Notes: a model not told the origin generated them from the sequence alone. 64,000 nt of DNA from Candidatus Hodarchaeota archaeon (GCA_048887225.1 JBHLJY010000002.1:347773-411772); one strand, 5' to 3'. Positions 52,142 to 62,663 are shown, counted from the stretch's first letter. Made by a program: numbers and translations.

Positions 52142-53431
52142 CTAAGATTTAAAAATATCTAAAGAATCTCTCATCATATGATTTTTTTTGTGAATTCCAT
52201 ATAATTTCAAAATGGTTGGGGCAATTTCGTCATAATTTACAATTTCTGATTTTCCCTTTTTAATATCTTTACCGTATGCAATAAAAAATCCATATTGTGA
52301 ATGATTTATTGAATTCCTGCCTCTAATTACAAAATAGGAAGAATTATGATTAAATATATATTTCTCATTTAAAACAATAAATAAATCTGGAAATCCTTCT
52401 AATTCATAAGATAATACTTCTTTGATTTTTTTATCTTTTTCAAGCTCTCTTTTAATTTTCTCCTTTTTAAACTTATCCTCTGATTTTAGGTATAATCCTC
52501 CTACATTACCATAAAAATGTAAGACTCTAGTTTCATTCTTTTTCTCTTGAGTAGAAGAAGGTTCTTTAACTATTTTACTTAATATCGATTTTTTTAAAAG
52601 ATTATATTTTCTGTAATCAATTCTTATAAACGGACGAAAAATATCAAAGATCTTAGCTATTATACTATAAATTTTGTTTGCTTTAGATTGATTAATGAAT
52701 AAGAGACCCTTCTTCTCTAGCCATCGACGCATATTGAACTCATGTCTATAAATTTTAATTCCGTGATCGCTGAAAATTAAAATATTATCAAAAATTTTGC
52801 TATTTAATACATCACCTAAAAATTTATCAATATTTTTGTATCCTAAATTAATATAGTTAAAAACTTCTTCACTACTAAGATGAGTAGTATGTGTTAATCC
52901 ATCTGGCACTCTTATTACATATACAAGTAAATTAAAATTTTCTTTCAACTTTGCCAAAAATAACCTATTTTTAATCTCAAAAGCTTTAAAAATATCATTA
53001 GGATTTTTCCCATCAATAATCCAGTCTTTTTTTATGAAAAATTTTAATTCTGGGGGAAAACAACTTATAGCGGGAGACAACATCCCTGATATCATCTCGC
53101 CATTTATTTTCCAAGCAGGGTAAGTACCAGGAACATTTAAAGCGAAAATTTTTAGATCAAGATTTGAAAATATTGAAAAATCTCTCCATTTAATTGAATT
53201 AAAAAGCCCTTTTTGAGGATGGTCAAACCAATAATACCCTAATTGTTCGGGGGTCATTCCTGAAAATAAGCATGGCCATGATGGGATAGTAACAGGTGGA
53301 ATTGAAACTTTCAATATAGATGAAAATCCATTTTGAATTATTTTATGAAAAGTTGGCAATAATCTTCTTTTTAACAAAGGATTTATACTCTCAAAACATC
53401 CTCCATCAATACCAATAATTAAATTTTTTAT
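52142..53431 (-). CDS. alkaline-phosphatase-superfamily (COG3379-like) protein; likely ATA start at 53431
   Basis: In-frame IKNLIIGIDGG upstream of the ORF-track TTG; PPVTIPSW, NVPGTYP, SDHG, IAPT. Confidence 0.82.
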   Translation of the reverse strand: MKNLIIGIDGGCFESINPLLKRRLLPTFHKIIQNGFSSILKVSIPPVTIPSWPCLFSGMTPEQLGYYWFDHPQKGLFNSIKWRDFSIFSNLDLKIFALNVPGTYPAWKINGEMISGMLSPAISCFPPELKFFIKKDWIIDGKNPNDIFKAFEIKNRLFLAKLKENFNLLVYVIRVPDGLTHTTHLSSEEVFNYINLGYKNIDKFLGDVLNSKIFDNILIFSDHGIKIYRHEFNMRRWLEKKGLLFINQSKANKIYSIIAKIFDIFRPFIRIDYRKYNLLKKSILSKIVKEPSSTQEKKNETRVLHFYGNVGGLYLKSEDKFKKEKIKRELEKDKKIKEVLSYELEGFPDLFIVLNEKYIFNHNSSYFVIRGRNSINHSQYGFFIAYGKDIKKGKSEIVNYDEIAPTILKLYGIHKKNHMMRDSLDIFKS

Positions 53432-53554
53432 TAAGGTACACCAAATTAAAAGATTTTTGATATTTAAGGAAAGATTGAATGCTAAAAAAAATTTTTTTAA
53501 TTAATTCAATGTGAGATATTTATAAATAACTGGATTAAGCTTTTTAAATTAATT

Positions 53555-54865
53555 CTAATTATTATTTCTAAAAATTTTTAAAGCTTCTCCTTTCATGTAG
53601 TCAGGTTTTTTAATTTCACATAATTTTGAAATTGTTGGAGCAATATCTTGATAGTTAATTATATTCGTATGTCCTCTTTTGATATCTTTTCCATAAGCCA
53701 TAAAAAATCCAATTTCATGATGACCATATGTATCTCGTCTTCTTTTTAAATACATTGAAGGAAGTGCACTAAATAAATATTTATCTTTAAGAATTACGAA
53801 TATATCAGGAAAATTTTCTTTATTATGAATAACAAGCCGGTCTATATTTTTGTCATATTCAAGAATTTCTTTTATTTCTTTTTTTTTTTTTTTAAGATTC
53901 CCATATAAATAAATAGCACCTACATTAGATGTAAAAGGACCAAAAATTATTTTATTTTGTATAAGCGATTTTTCTTTTGAATTTGAAGGTGATCTTCTGT
54001 TTATCCTCTTTTTTTGATAATTAATTAATTTTTTAAAGTAATTAACGAATTTAGTTGATCTAACAAAGATTCTAAAAATGGCGTAGATCTTCAACATTAT
54101 ATTTATTAAAAAAAAACCTCTACGTTGATTTATAAATATTAATTTTTTTTTCTCGAGCCATCTTTTAAAAAAAAATTCGTGTTTGAAATGTATAATCCCA
54201 TGATCACTAAAAATCAGAATGTTTTCAACTGAATTATTATTCAAAATTTGGTTCAAAAATTTATCTATTTTTAAATATGAGAGATGAATCAGTTTAAGCG
54301 TTTTAGTTTTACCAAGTCGGGAGAGATGTGTAACATTATCTGGGATTTTAATGACATAAACCATAAGTTCAAAATCTTCATTCATTTTCCGTAAAAATAA
54401 ATTCTTTTTCATCTCAAATGCTTGAAATGATTCTGCAATATGAGTTCCATTTATAATCCAATTTTTACCAATAAAAAATTTTAATTCTGGAGGAAAACAA
54501 CTTATTGAAGGAGACATAAATCCAGTAATCATCTCTCCATTGATCCTCCATGCTGGATAAGTTGCTGGAACATTCAGAACAAAAATTCTTTTATTAAATA
54601 ATGAGAATAATGATTTATCTCGCCATATATGGGAGGTTAAAACACTACCATCTGGATTTAAAAACCAATAACGACCTAATTGTTCTGGGGTTAAACCAGT
54701 AAATAAACAAGGCCAAGAAGGAAATGTTACGGGAGGGATAGTCACCTGTAAGTCGGCATAAAAACCATTCTCTATTATCTTTTTAAAATTAGGGAGTAAA
54801 TTTTTTTCTAATAGAGGTTTAATATGCTCAAAACAACCCCCATCAATCCCTAAAACTATATTTAT
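53555..54865 (-). CDS. alkaline-phosphatase-superfamily (COG3379-like) protein, tandem paralog; likely ATA start at 54865
   Basis: In-frame INIVLGIDGG 40 codons upstream of the ORF-track GTG; PPVTFPSW, NVPATYP, SDHG, DIAPT. Confidence 0.82.
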   Translation of the reverse strand: MNIVLGIDGGCFEHIKPLLEKNLLPNFKKIIENGFYADLQVTIPPVTFPSWPCLFTGLTPEQLGRYWFLNPDGSVLTSHIWRDKSLFSLFNKRIFVLNVPATYPAWRINGEMITGFMSPSISCFPPELKFFIGKNWIINGTHIAESFQAFEMKKNLFLRKMNEDFELMVYVIKIPDNVTHLSRLGKTKTLKLIHLSYLKIDKFLNQILNNNSVENILIFSDHGIIHFKHEFFFKRWLEKKKLIFINQRRGFFLINIMLKIYAIFRIFVRSTKFVNYFKKLINYQKKRINRRSPSNSKEKSLIQNKIIFGPFTSNVGAIYLYGNLKKKKKEIKEILEYDKNIDRLVIHNKENFPDIFVILKDKYLFSALPSMYLKRRRDTYGHHEIGFFMAYGKDIKRGHTNIINYQDIAPTISKLCEIKKPDYMKGEALKIFRNNN

Positions 54866-54967
54866 TAAGCTACACCAAATTTAATTATTTTCTTTAAAAG
54901 GATATTAAAAAAAAAATTAATTATTATAAAAGTTTTTAGTTAGAAATAAATTGTGGTAAGAAATTAA

Positions 54968-56044
54968 TTAATTTTCGAGTACATATTTAATCATTCGATA
55001 ATATTTTTCGGCAGAATTTTTCCACGAATAATTCTTTACAACTTTTAAACCCTTAATTGTCAATTCTTTTTTTAAATCCTCATTTTCTATATTCTCAATA
55101 ACAATTTTCGCAAGTTCCTTATAATTTTTAGGAGGAAAATATATGGGAAAATCTTGAAATATCTCTTTTAATACAGGAATATCTGAACATATTACTGGTG
55201 TTCCGCAGGCTGCAGATTCTAATCCTGGAAACCCGAATCCTTCATATAAAGAAGGAAATACATAAAAATCACATAAATTATGAATTTCTCTTAATCTTTT
55301 ATTACTGATATTTTTTAAATAAAGGATATCTTTCTGTAAGCCTAATTTTTTAATGAAACTGGAATATCTGGGTTCTCCAACTCTTATAAGTTTAATTTTT
55401 TTAAGTTTTTTTTTAATTATATAAAATGCTTTCAACAAAGTAATAAAATTTTTCCTTTCATCTTCATTTCCAACATAAATAAGTTTTTTATGGTTAGGAT
55501 ATAAGGGTTCTATTTCGTAAATTTTACTTTTGGGGATTGGTTTAAACATTTCAAGGTTTATCCCGCTTTTAATAACAATGATTTTTTCTGAAGGGATATG
55601 TAATTTAGTAATTAATTCATTTTTGGTAAATTCCGAAATTGCAACAATAAAATTACATTTTCTAAGCCCAAGTAGCGCATATTTTTGAGTAAAAATTGGA
55701 TTTTTTATATTTCCTTTTTGTAGGAAATTAAATATATCATGACAAGTAATAATAGTTTTTCTCTTATCTAAAAAAAGTGCCAAATCTGCTAAAAATTGAA
55801 AATGAATTTGAAATACTACATTTTTATTTAAATTTTTAGTATTTAAATGGCTATAATATGGATAAAGAAAATATCTTTTAGAGATAAAATCTAAAATGTT
55901 TTTAGGACGAGTATAAAATTCGTATTTAAGATTGACATTATAATGTTTTTTTAAATATTTGTCAATCTCAATTTGTCGTCTGAAGTCTTTCCACATTTCA
56001 TTGGGTTTATTCAGTTTTCTACCAACGAAATTTATAATTTCCAT
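54968..56044 (-). CDS. GT4 glycosyltransferase (MtfB/WbdA-like)
   Basis: TCHD, ISEFTK, RKN, FPSLYEGFGFPGLESAACG. Confidence 0.9.
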   Translation of the reverse strand: MEIINFVGRKLNKPNEMWKDFRRQIEIDKYLKKHYNVNLKYEFYTRPKNILDFISKRYFLYPYYSHLNTKNLNKNVVFQIHFQFLADLALFLDKRKTIITCHDIFNFLQKGNIKNPIFTQKYALLGLRKCNFIVAISEFTKNELITKLHIPSEKIIVIKSGINLEMFKPIPKSKIYEIEPLYPNHKKLIYVGNEDERKNFITLLKAFYIIKKKLKKIKLIRVGEPRYSSFIKKLGLQKDILYLKNISNKRLREIHNLCDFYVFPSLYEGFGFPGLESAACGTPVICSDIPVLKEIFQDFPIYFPPKNYKELAKIVIENIENEDLKKELTIKGLKVVKNYSWKNSAEKYYRMIKYVLEN

Positions 56045-56219
56045 TGTTTTATAACGATTTTATATAGTATAACAAAATAAATAATGAAAAGATAATTAAA
56101 ATCTTAAAGAATTAACACAATTCTTATTTATTAAGAAATATTTAGACTTTTATTAAAAATTTTTTAAAAAATTTATAAAAAAATTAAATTTAAATCATCT
56201 ATTAAATTCTTGTCTTATT

Positions 56220-57371
56220 ATGAGTAATCTTATCCCAATTGAGAATGTGTTGGAAGAAAATCCACGTGTAATAGAACTTGAAAAACAAGGATTTATAATT
56301 AAGCCTGAAAAAATTGATGAATACTTAGAAGAATTTAAAGGCCGAAGAACAACCTTTCCAGAAGAGGATGTATGGCGTAATATGCGCTGTTTGATTACAG
56401 GAATAAGTGGATTTGCTGGAAGCCATTTAGCTGAACAATTGATGGATTTAGGGGCGGAGGTTCATGGAACTATCCGTAGACATTCTGTTCCAATGCACGA
56501 AAATATAGAACACTTAAGAGGTAGAATTATTCTTCATGAAGCAGATATAACTAGCGCAGAAAGAATTTTCGAAATTTTTGATAAAGTTCGACCTAATGCT
56601 GTATTCCACTTAGCAGCGGAATCTTTTGTTCCCACATCTTTTAGAGAACCTGCTAGAGTGGCCCATAATAATGTAGTTGGAACACTTAAAATTTTTGAAG
56701 CAGCTAGAAGGTATGATCATGAATTAGAAAGTGTTCACGTAGCCTGTAGTAGTGAGCAATATGGTTTGGTAAATCCCGTAGAAGTTCCAGTAATAGAAGA
56801 TTTAAAAAGAAATCCATTCCGTCCTAGAAGTGTATATGGCATAACGAAAGTCGCTACTGAGCAAATTGCTTGGTTGTATCAGAATTCTTATAATGTTCCA
56901 AGTATTATAACGCGTGGATTTAATCACGAAGGGCCGCGAAGAGGAATTCAATTCGTGACAAGTGTAATTCATCGACAAATAGTAGAAATTCTAACTAAAA
57001 AAAGGGAAAATTTGGTCATTGGAAATCCAAATGCCATTCGCGATTTTACTCATGTTAAAGATACTGTAAATGCCTACATCTTAGCTTCTGAAAAATGTGA
57101 ACATGGTGAACCATATAATGTCTGTTCTGATATGGGAATCAGCATATCAGATTACATAAAATTAGCTCTAAAAAATTATAATCTCAATGTTAAAGTTTTT
57201 GTAGATCCTAAGAGATTACGACCAACCGAGGTTCCTTTATTAATTGGTAAAAATGATAAATTTGTAAATAAAACTGGATGGCAACCAATCAGATCGATAA
57301 TTGATATTATTAAAGATGGCGTTCAGTACTTTCAAGATCATCCAGAGCAATTAGGTATTGAAGCCCATTAA
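56220..57371 (+). CDS. GDP-mannose/GDP-heptose 4,6-dehydratase-like SDR with N-terminal extension
   Basis: TGISGFAGSHL, HLAAESFV, SSEQYG, YGITK, FNHEGPRR, RLRPTEV. Confidence 0.88.
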   Translation: MSNLIPIENVLEENPRVIELEKQGFIIKPEKIDEYLEEFKGRRTTFPEEDVWRNMRCLITGISGFAGSHLAEQLMDLGAEVHGTIRRHSVPMHENIEHLRGRIILHEADITSAERIFEIFDKVRPNAVFHLAAESFVPTSFREPARVAHNNVVGTLKIFEAARRYDHELESVHVACSSEQYGLVNPVEVPVIEDLKRNPFRPRSVYGITKVATEQIAWLYQNSYNVPSIITRGFNHEGPRRGIQFVTSVIHRQIVEILTKKRENLVIGNPNAIRDFTHVKDTVNAYILASEKCEHGEPYNVCSDMGISISDYIKLALKNYNLNVKVFVDPKRLRPTEVPLLIGKNDKFVNKTGWQPIRSIIDIIKDGVQYFQDHPEQLGIEAH

Positions 57372-57452
57372 GCTTAATAATTTTATATCTAACTTTTTGT
57401 TTCAAATTAAATTTTAATTATACTAAATGTCTCATGGGACCATTATTTCTAA

Positions 57453-58178
57453 TTATAATAAATTAAGCACTTTTTTTTGTATTTGGATTAATTCTAAAAT
57501 ACCCTTCTCTCCTATTTCTAATATTTCATTTAATTTCTGTTTTTTGAAAGTAGATCCTTCAGCAGTTCCTTGTATTTCAATGTACTCTAGAGTATCGTTG
57601 ACTTCACTCATTATTAGATTAATGTCAACATCTACATTAGAATCTTCATTATAGTCCAAATCTAATAATATATCATTATTTTTTATCCCTAATGAGATTG
57701 CAGCAGTCACATTATAATCTGGAAAATTATAAATTAACTGTTCGTCGTAAAGATACCTAATAGCATCAAAAACAGCTACAAACGAACCTGTAATAGAAGC
57801 ACATCTAGTACCTCCATCAGCTTGAATAACATCACAATCAATACGGATAGTGCGCTCTCCCAATTTTTCATAATTAAACGCAGCACGCATACTTCGTCCA
57901 ATTAATCTTTGTATCTCGTATGTTCTTCCTTTTACTCTTTCTCTTTCTCTGGAATTTCGAATTTGAGTAGCTCTTGGTAGCATACTATATTCTGCTGTAA
58001 TCCAACCAGTGCCAGTATCAGCTAAGAAGCGAGGCACAGTCTCTAAAACTGAAGCTGCTACAATTATTTTTGTATTTCCTTGAGAAATTAAAACTGAGCC
58101 TTCTGGATACTTAAGATAATTCCTTTGTATCGTTGTTTTCCTTATCTCATCTGATTTTCTTCCATCAAGTCTTAGCAT
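57453..58178 (-). CDS. rph: ribonuclease PH (bacterial type)
   Basis: GWITAEYSMLPRAT, GRTYEIQRLIGRS, DCDVIQADGGTR, EIQGTAEG. Confidence 0.93.
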   Translation of the reverse strand: MLRLDGRKSDEIRKTTIQRNYLKYPEGSVLISQGNTKIIVAASVLETVPRFLADTGTGWITAEYSMLPRATQIRNSRERERVKGRTYEIQRLIGRSMRAAFNYEKLGERTIRIDCDVIQADGGTRCASITGSFVAVFDAIRYLYDEQLIYNFPDYNVTAAISLGIKNNDILLDLDYNEDSNVDVDINLIMSEVNDTLEYIEIQGTAEGSTFKKQKLNEILEIGEKGILELIQIQKKVLNLL

Positions 58179-58288
58179 CTAAACCAAACTTTTCTCAAAT
58201 TTGTAATTTAATTAAAAGAAATATTATAAATATAATATTATTAGTTAAGTTTAAAGATTTTTAACTTAAGAAATTTTAACAATAAATT

Positions 58289-59389
58289 TCAAGTTAATGG
58301 ATATGATCCTAATATTTTATGCCAAATAACATGGTCTTTTATAGTTTCAAGTACTTTTTTGATTTTTGGATCATCCTTATCGCCTTCAAAATCCATAAGG
58401 AAAATATATTCCCATCTACCCTTTCTCCTTGGACGAGATTCAATTTTAGTAAGATTAATATCAGCTTCAGCGAAAATTCTTAAAACTCGATATAACGCAC
58501 CAGGGACGTGTTTAGTGACATATACTATTGATGTCTTAATTTTTCCCTCTTTCAATTCATTCTCCTTCTTAGAAATGACAAGAAATCTAGTGAAATTATC
58601 AGGGATATCATCTATCTTAGAACTTAATATTTTTAACTCATATATATTACTAGCAATTACAGTGCCTATTGCAGCTTTAGTTTCATCATTTAATTCTTTT
58701 ATTCGTTGGACAGCAGCAGAAGTTGACGTCGTAGAATGCAGTTCAGCTGTAGGTAAATTAGCTTTTATCCAACCTCTTGTCTGAGCAAAGGCTTGTGGAT
58801 GCGAATATACAGATTTTATTTTCTTTAAACTTGCCTCATTTAAAGAAATTAAATTTTGGCTAATTCTTAATTCAATTTCACCATATATAATTAAATTTTT
58901 CTCGATTAAATAATCCAAAGTTTCTCGAACAGTCCCTTGAAGACTATTTTCTATAGGGATTACTCCATACTCTATAATATCTTTTTCAATATTTTCAAAT
59001 ATATCTAAAATACTTTTACAAGGGATAAATTCTGAACTAGCTTTAGGAAAAAATTCTAATGCAGCTTGATGTGTAAACGTTCCTTGAGGGCCTAAATATC
59101 CAACTTTAAAGATTGAGCCTTGGATAGCCTTACTTGCTCCCATAATTTCCTTCCATATTTCCTCAACACTTTCTGGCTTAAAAACTGTTGATTTTTCTTT
59201 AACTCTGTTAATGATTTCTTTTTCTCTTTGAGGTTGATATACCTCTAAATCTAATAATTTCTTATTATTCGCTATTCTTAATACTATTTCTCCCCGCATA
59301 TTAAGAAGCTCAATAATACTATCATCAATTTTATTAATTTCTTTTCTCAAATCCTCCAATTCTTTCTCGAATCTTTCATTTTCACTCAT
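58289..59389 (-). CDS. pheA: bifunctional chorismate mutase/prephenate dehydratase (P-protein)
   Basis: LRKEINKID..I..LL..R (CM), YLGPQGTF, PIENS, SHPQA, NFTRF, LTKIESRP (ACT). Confidence 0.95.
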   Translation of the reverse strand: MSENERFEKELEDLRKEINKIDDSIIELLNMRGEIVLRIANNKKLLDLEVYQPQREKEIINRVKEKSTVFKPESVEEIWKEIMGASKAIQGSIFKVGYLGPQGTFTHQAALEFFPKASSEFIPCKSILDIFENIEKDIIEYGVIPIENSLQGTVRETLDYLIEKNLIIYGEIELRISQNLISLNEASLKKIKSVYSHPQAFAQTRGWIKANLPTAELHSTTSTSAAVQRIKELNDETKAAIGTVIASNIYELKILSSKIDDIPDNFTRFLVISKKENELKEGKIKTSIVYVTKHVPGALYRVLRIFAEADINLTKIESRPRRKGRWEYIFLMDFEGDKDDPKIKKVLETIKDHVIWHKILGSYPLT

Positions 59390-59432
59390 TTTAAGATACC
59401 TTATTATTTATTTAAAAATTTATAACTTCTAA

Positions 59433-61109
59433 TTAAAGAAATTTCTGTAAATCTAATTCTAAAGCTGCGACCGGAAACTCTAATTTAAAGTTCAATAATA
59501 CTTCAGGATGGATTTCCCCTATTTCACCAATATTATCTCCATTAATATAAATTTCTCCATAACGCCCCTCCAAATATGAAGCGTTTTTACTTGGCTTTAC
59601 TTTTAAGCCATCATAATAACCTAATGATGTCATAATAAAATCTAATGTAGATCTTATTTCTGTAAAATCTGCATTTTCGTGGTAAGTTACAGCAGATAAG
59701 TGTAATTCCCTTGTTGCGCCTGTTTCTGCTTTAGGTGCTAATAAAATAATATCACCTACTTCAAAAATTCTTATTGGTTTCTCTTCTGACCTGTTAAAAA
59801 GAAGAGTTTCCATTAATTTAGGTAATATTGAAGTTCTTGTTGTGTCATATTCTTTTGAAACTGGATTTGCTATTTGTACTAACTCATTCTCATTATATTC
59901 CTGTTTCATATAATTATAATGTCGTTCAGAATTAGTTAAAATGAAATTAATAACTTCCAAATAGCCAGCACCAATCATAATTGTCCTTATTTTATTAGCA
60001 AATGTTTGAGTGGGATGATATTCTCCAATACAACCTTCTCTCATCGTTAATGGTAAATTAAAATACCCGTATCCAATTGCGCACTCTTCTGTAAAATCTA
60101 CGGGATGCATTATATCACCTCGATATGCTGGAACCCATATATCTATATACCCTCGTTTTTTGGATCTTTTAGCATCCATTCTTATTTTCTTAAAACAATT
60201 TATCATTTCATCTATCGATAAATTTAGGCCAATATAATCGTTAATATAATCAATTTCTACTTCCCATTTTCTAGGATCTAAATTTGGTGTTATAATATTC
60301 TCTCCTTCTTTATAATTGACTTTAACATTTTCTATTTTCGCACCGGTATCTGCCAGCATAGTACATAAAATATTTAACGCTAAATTTACAGCATTTAATT
60401 CAGTTCCAGTTAAATCTAAAAATAAATTTTTTGTCTCATCTGTGACAGTTGTGAGTACCCCATTAATTATTGGAGGGAATGAAATGACTTCATCTTTACT
60501 ATCTAATATTACTGGATATACATCTTTTCCCTCTAATATATGGGCATATTCAATCCCTTTCTCATGATATTTTAAAATATCTTCAAGAGTCATTGTTCCT
60601 CCATCTCCGTGTAAAGGAATAAAACTTATTGAATTTGGCTTTACAGCAAGATATCTATACGGAGGGATTATTTTATCAAGATCGTGGACGCCAATAGCAA
60701 CTTTCTTTCTATCTCTTCCAACAGCCCAATGTAAGTGTTCTTGAATATTCATTAATGTTGCAACCTCGTCTTCATCTAAATCAATATCTCTAATGACTCC
60801 ACAGACTATATAGGGTCTGACTTTCTTTACACTAGGATCAACATTCATTACAATTTCTCCAGATGCTATATTATAAGAGGGGAGTCCTAATTCTACTTCA
60901 TAATAACCCTTTAAAGCTCTTGCAATCCCCTCTGGACTTGAAAAATCAGGTCTGTTTGGGTTATATTCTACTTTAATTGTTTTTTCTTTCTCATTAAGAT
61001 CTTCTAAATCTAAACTTATCCACTGTAAATCATATTCTAACTCTTTAATGTTAAGTTTTTTTCCAACTAAACGTTCTAATCTACCAAGTTTTAAATCTAA
61101 AGTAGGCAT
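59433..61109 (-). CDS. pheT: phenylalanine--tRNA ligase beta subunit (archaeal/eukaryotic type)
   Basis: PNRPD, GRDRKKVAIGVHD, SFPPIIN, R.DIMH..D..E, GEIHPEVL. Confidence 0.95.
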   Translation of the reverse strand: MPTLDLKLGRLERLVGKKLNIKELEYDLQWISLDLEDLNEKEKTIKVEYNPNRPDFSSPEGIARALKGYYEVELGLPSYNIASGEIVMNVDPSVKKVRPYIVCGVIRDIDLDEDEVATLMNIQEHLHWAVGRDRKKVAIGVHDLDKIIPPYRYLAVKPNSISFIPLHGDGGTMTLEDILKYHEKGIEYAHILEGKDVYPVILDSKDEVISFPPIINGVLTTVTDETKNLFLDLTGTELNAVNLALNILCTMLADTGAKIENVKVNYKEGENIITPNLDPRKWEVEIDYINDYIGLNLSIDEMINCFKKIRMDAKRSKKRGYIDIWVPAYRGDIMHPVDFTEECAIGYGYFNLPLTMREGCIGEYHPTQTFANKIRTIMIGAGYLEVINFILTNSERHYNYMKQEYNENELVQIANPVSKEYDTTRTSILPKLMETLLFNRSEEKPIRIFEVGDIILLAPKAETGATRELHLSAVTYHENADFTEIRSTLDFIMTSLGYYDGLKVKPSKNASYLEGRYGEIYINGDNIGEIGEIHPEVLLNFKLEFPVAALELDLQKFL

Positions 61110-61127
61110 TTTTATAATACACCCTCA

Positions 61128-62663
61128 TTAATATGATTCTTGTCTCAACCATTTAATTGGATTAATATATAAATCTCTTATATCGCTTCTGCCGAATTTC
61201 AGCATAGCTAATCTTTCGAGGCCTAAACCCCAAGCGAGAACTCTAATTGGATTTTTAATACCCCAGGGATATGTTACTTCCGGTCTGAATATTCCAGATC
61301 CTCCCATTTCCAACCATTCTGCTAATTTATCATAATAGACTGCGATTTCCATACTCGGTTCGGTATATGGAAAAAATCCTGGTCTAGTTATAACTTTTTC
61401 AAATCCTATCTTTTTGTAGAATTTTGTTATTACACCAATTAAATCACATAATGTTACGCCTTCTCCTATTACAATTCCTTCAATTTGAGTAAATTCAGCT
61501 AGATGTGACTTATCAACTTTTTCATTTCGAAAAACTCTATCAATTGAAAATACTTTTATTGGTGGGATTTCATTATTCCTATAATATTGAGCTAGCCTTC
61601 TAATAGTGGTAGCAGTTGTATGAGTTCTTAATATTGTTTTTTTTGCAATATTTTCATCCCATTTATAATCCCACCCCAATGAGCCTGAATCACCACCATT
61701 TTCATGTGTTTCTTTTACAGCTTTAACGCGATCTTTTTCAGGTAATTTTGAAACCTTAGGATTGTTTAAGTAGAAGGTATCATGCAACTCTCGAGCAGGG
61801 TGGTCTTGCGGCTGGAATAAGGCGTCAAAGTTGAAAAAAGCACTTTCAATTATTGGCCCTCTTATTTCAGTAAAACCAAGCGAAATAAATATTTCTCTTA
61901 TTTCATTGATAAGATTTATCATAGGGTGTATTTTTCCTGCTTTTAACAACGGACCTGGCTTTGTAACGTCAAAAGGCTTCAAATTAACATTTTTCCATTC
62001 TTCAGAACTTAACATCTCCGAAGTAATTTTACTTACTTGCTCTAATTCTTCAATATCCGAAATTTTGATCTTTTTACCCTTTTCGGTTAAGAATATTAAT
62101 CTCTGAGTTTTTCTTATTTTATTTATTATTTTTCTCTTATTTAATATTTCAAATTGAATTATATCATTTTTTGATAAATCTGAATAAACAATTTCATTAT
62201 TTTGCTTAAATTTATTTAAAAACTTTTCCAATTCAGTTTCAGGAAAATCTTTAGCAATCAGGAAGATTTTTTCCTCTCCAGTTGCTTTACTTTGAGCAAT
62301 CCAACGATTTTTTTTCATATTAGAAATGCCAATATAAAATATTTTCTTATCAATTTTAGCTTTTTTTGAAAAATCCTCAATGCTTATTTCTGTAATGTTA
62401 TCTTTTAATAATATTTGAAGTAATTGACGTTCTGGTAACCCCTTTTTTAAATAATTTAATCCTTCTTCATTAAGGGAGATTTGATACATATCTTTCTCTT
62501 TAAAACCTCCTAAATCTTGGTCTATTAGATCATTTACAGCAGACATAAGTACAATATAATCGATCGATAATTCTTCTGCAAGATCTGTTGCTTCACATTC
62601 AGTTCTTTTTTCTTTAAGAACTTTAAGAATATTTATTACTAGTGTTTTTAGTTTAATTGTCAT
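61128..62663 (-). CDS. pheS: phenylalanine--tRNA ligase alpha subunit (archaeal long form)
   Basis: FNFDALFQPQDHPARE, LRTHTT, FRNE, FFPYTEPS, GIFRPEV, AWGLGLERLAM. Confidence 0.96.
   Translation of the reverse strand: MTIKLKTLVINILKVLKEKRTECEATDLAEELSIDYIVLMSAVNDLIDQDLGGFKEKDMYQISLNEEGLNYLKKGLPERQLLQILLKDNITEISIEDFSKKAKIDKKIFYIGISNMKKNRWIAQSKATGEEKIFLIAKDFPETELEKFLNKFKQNNEIVYSDLSKNDIIQFEILNKRKIINKIRKTQRLIFLTEKGKKIKISDIEELEQVSKITSEMLSSEEWKNVNLKPFDVTKPGPLLKAGKIHPMINLINEIREIFISLGFTEIRGPIIESAFFNFDALFQPQDHPARELHDTFYLNNPKVSKLPEKDRVKAVKETHENGGDSGSLGWDYKWDENIAKKTILRTHTTATTIRRLAQYYRNNEIPPIKVFSIDRVFRNEKVDKSHLAEFTQIEGIVIGEGVTLCDLIGVITKFYKKIGFEKVITRPGFFPYTEPSMEIAVYYDKLAEWLEMGGSGIFRPEVTYPWGIKNPIRVLAWGLGLERLAMLKFGRSDIRDLYINPIKWLRQESY

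Noticed and set aside
1620-62106. About 25 short ORF-track entries antisense or out-of-frame within long genes (e.g. 32004..32357, 58359..58784, 16919..17206, 3692..3991)
   Set aside because: They are shadow ORFs overlapping well-supported genes, are rich in Ile/Phe/Ser as expected from antisense AT-rich codons, and have no motifs.
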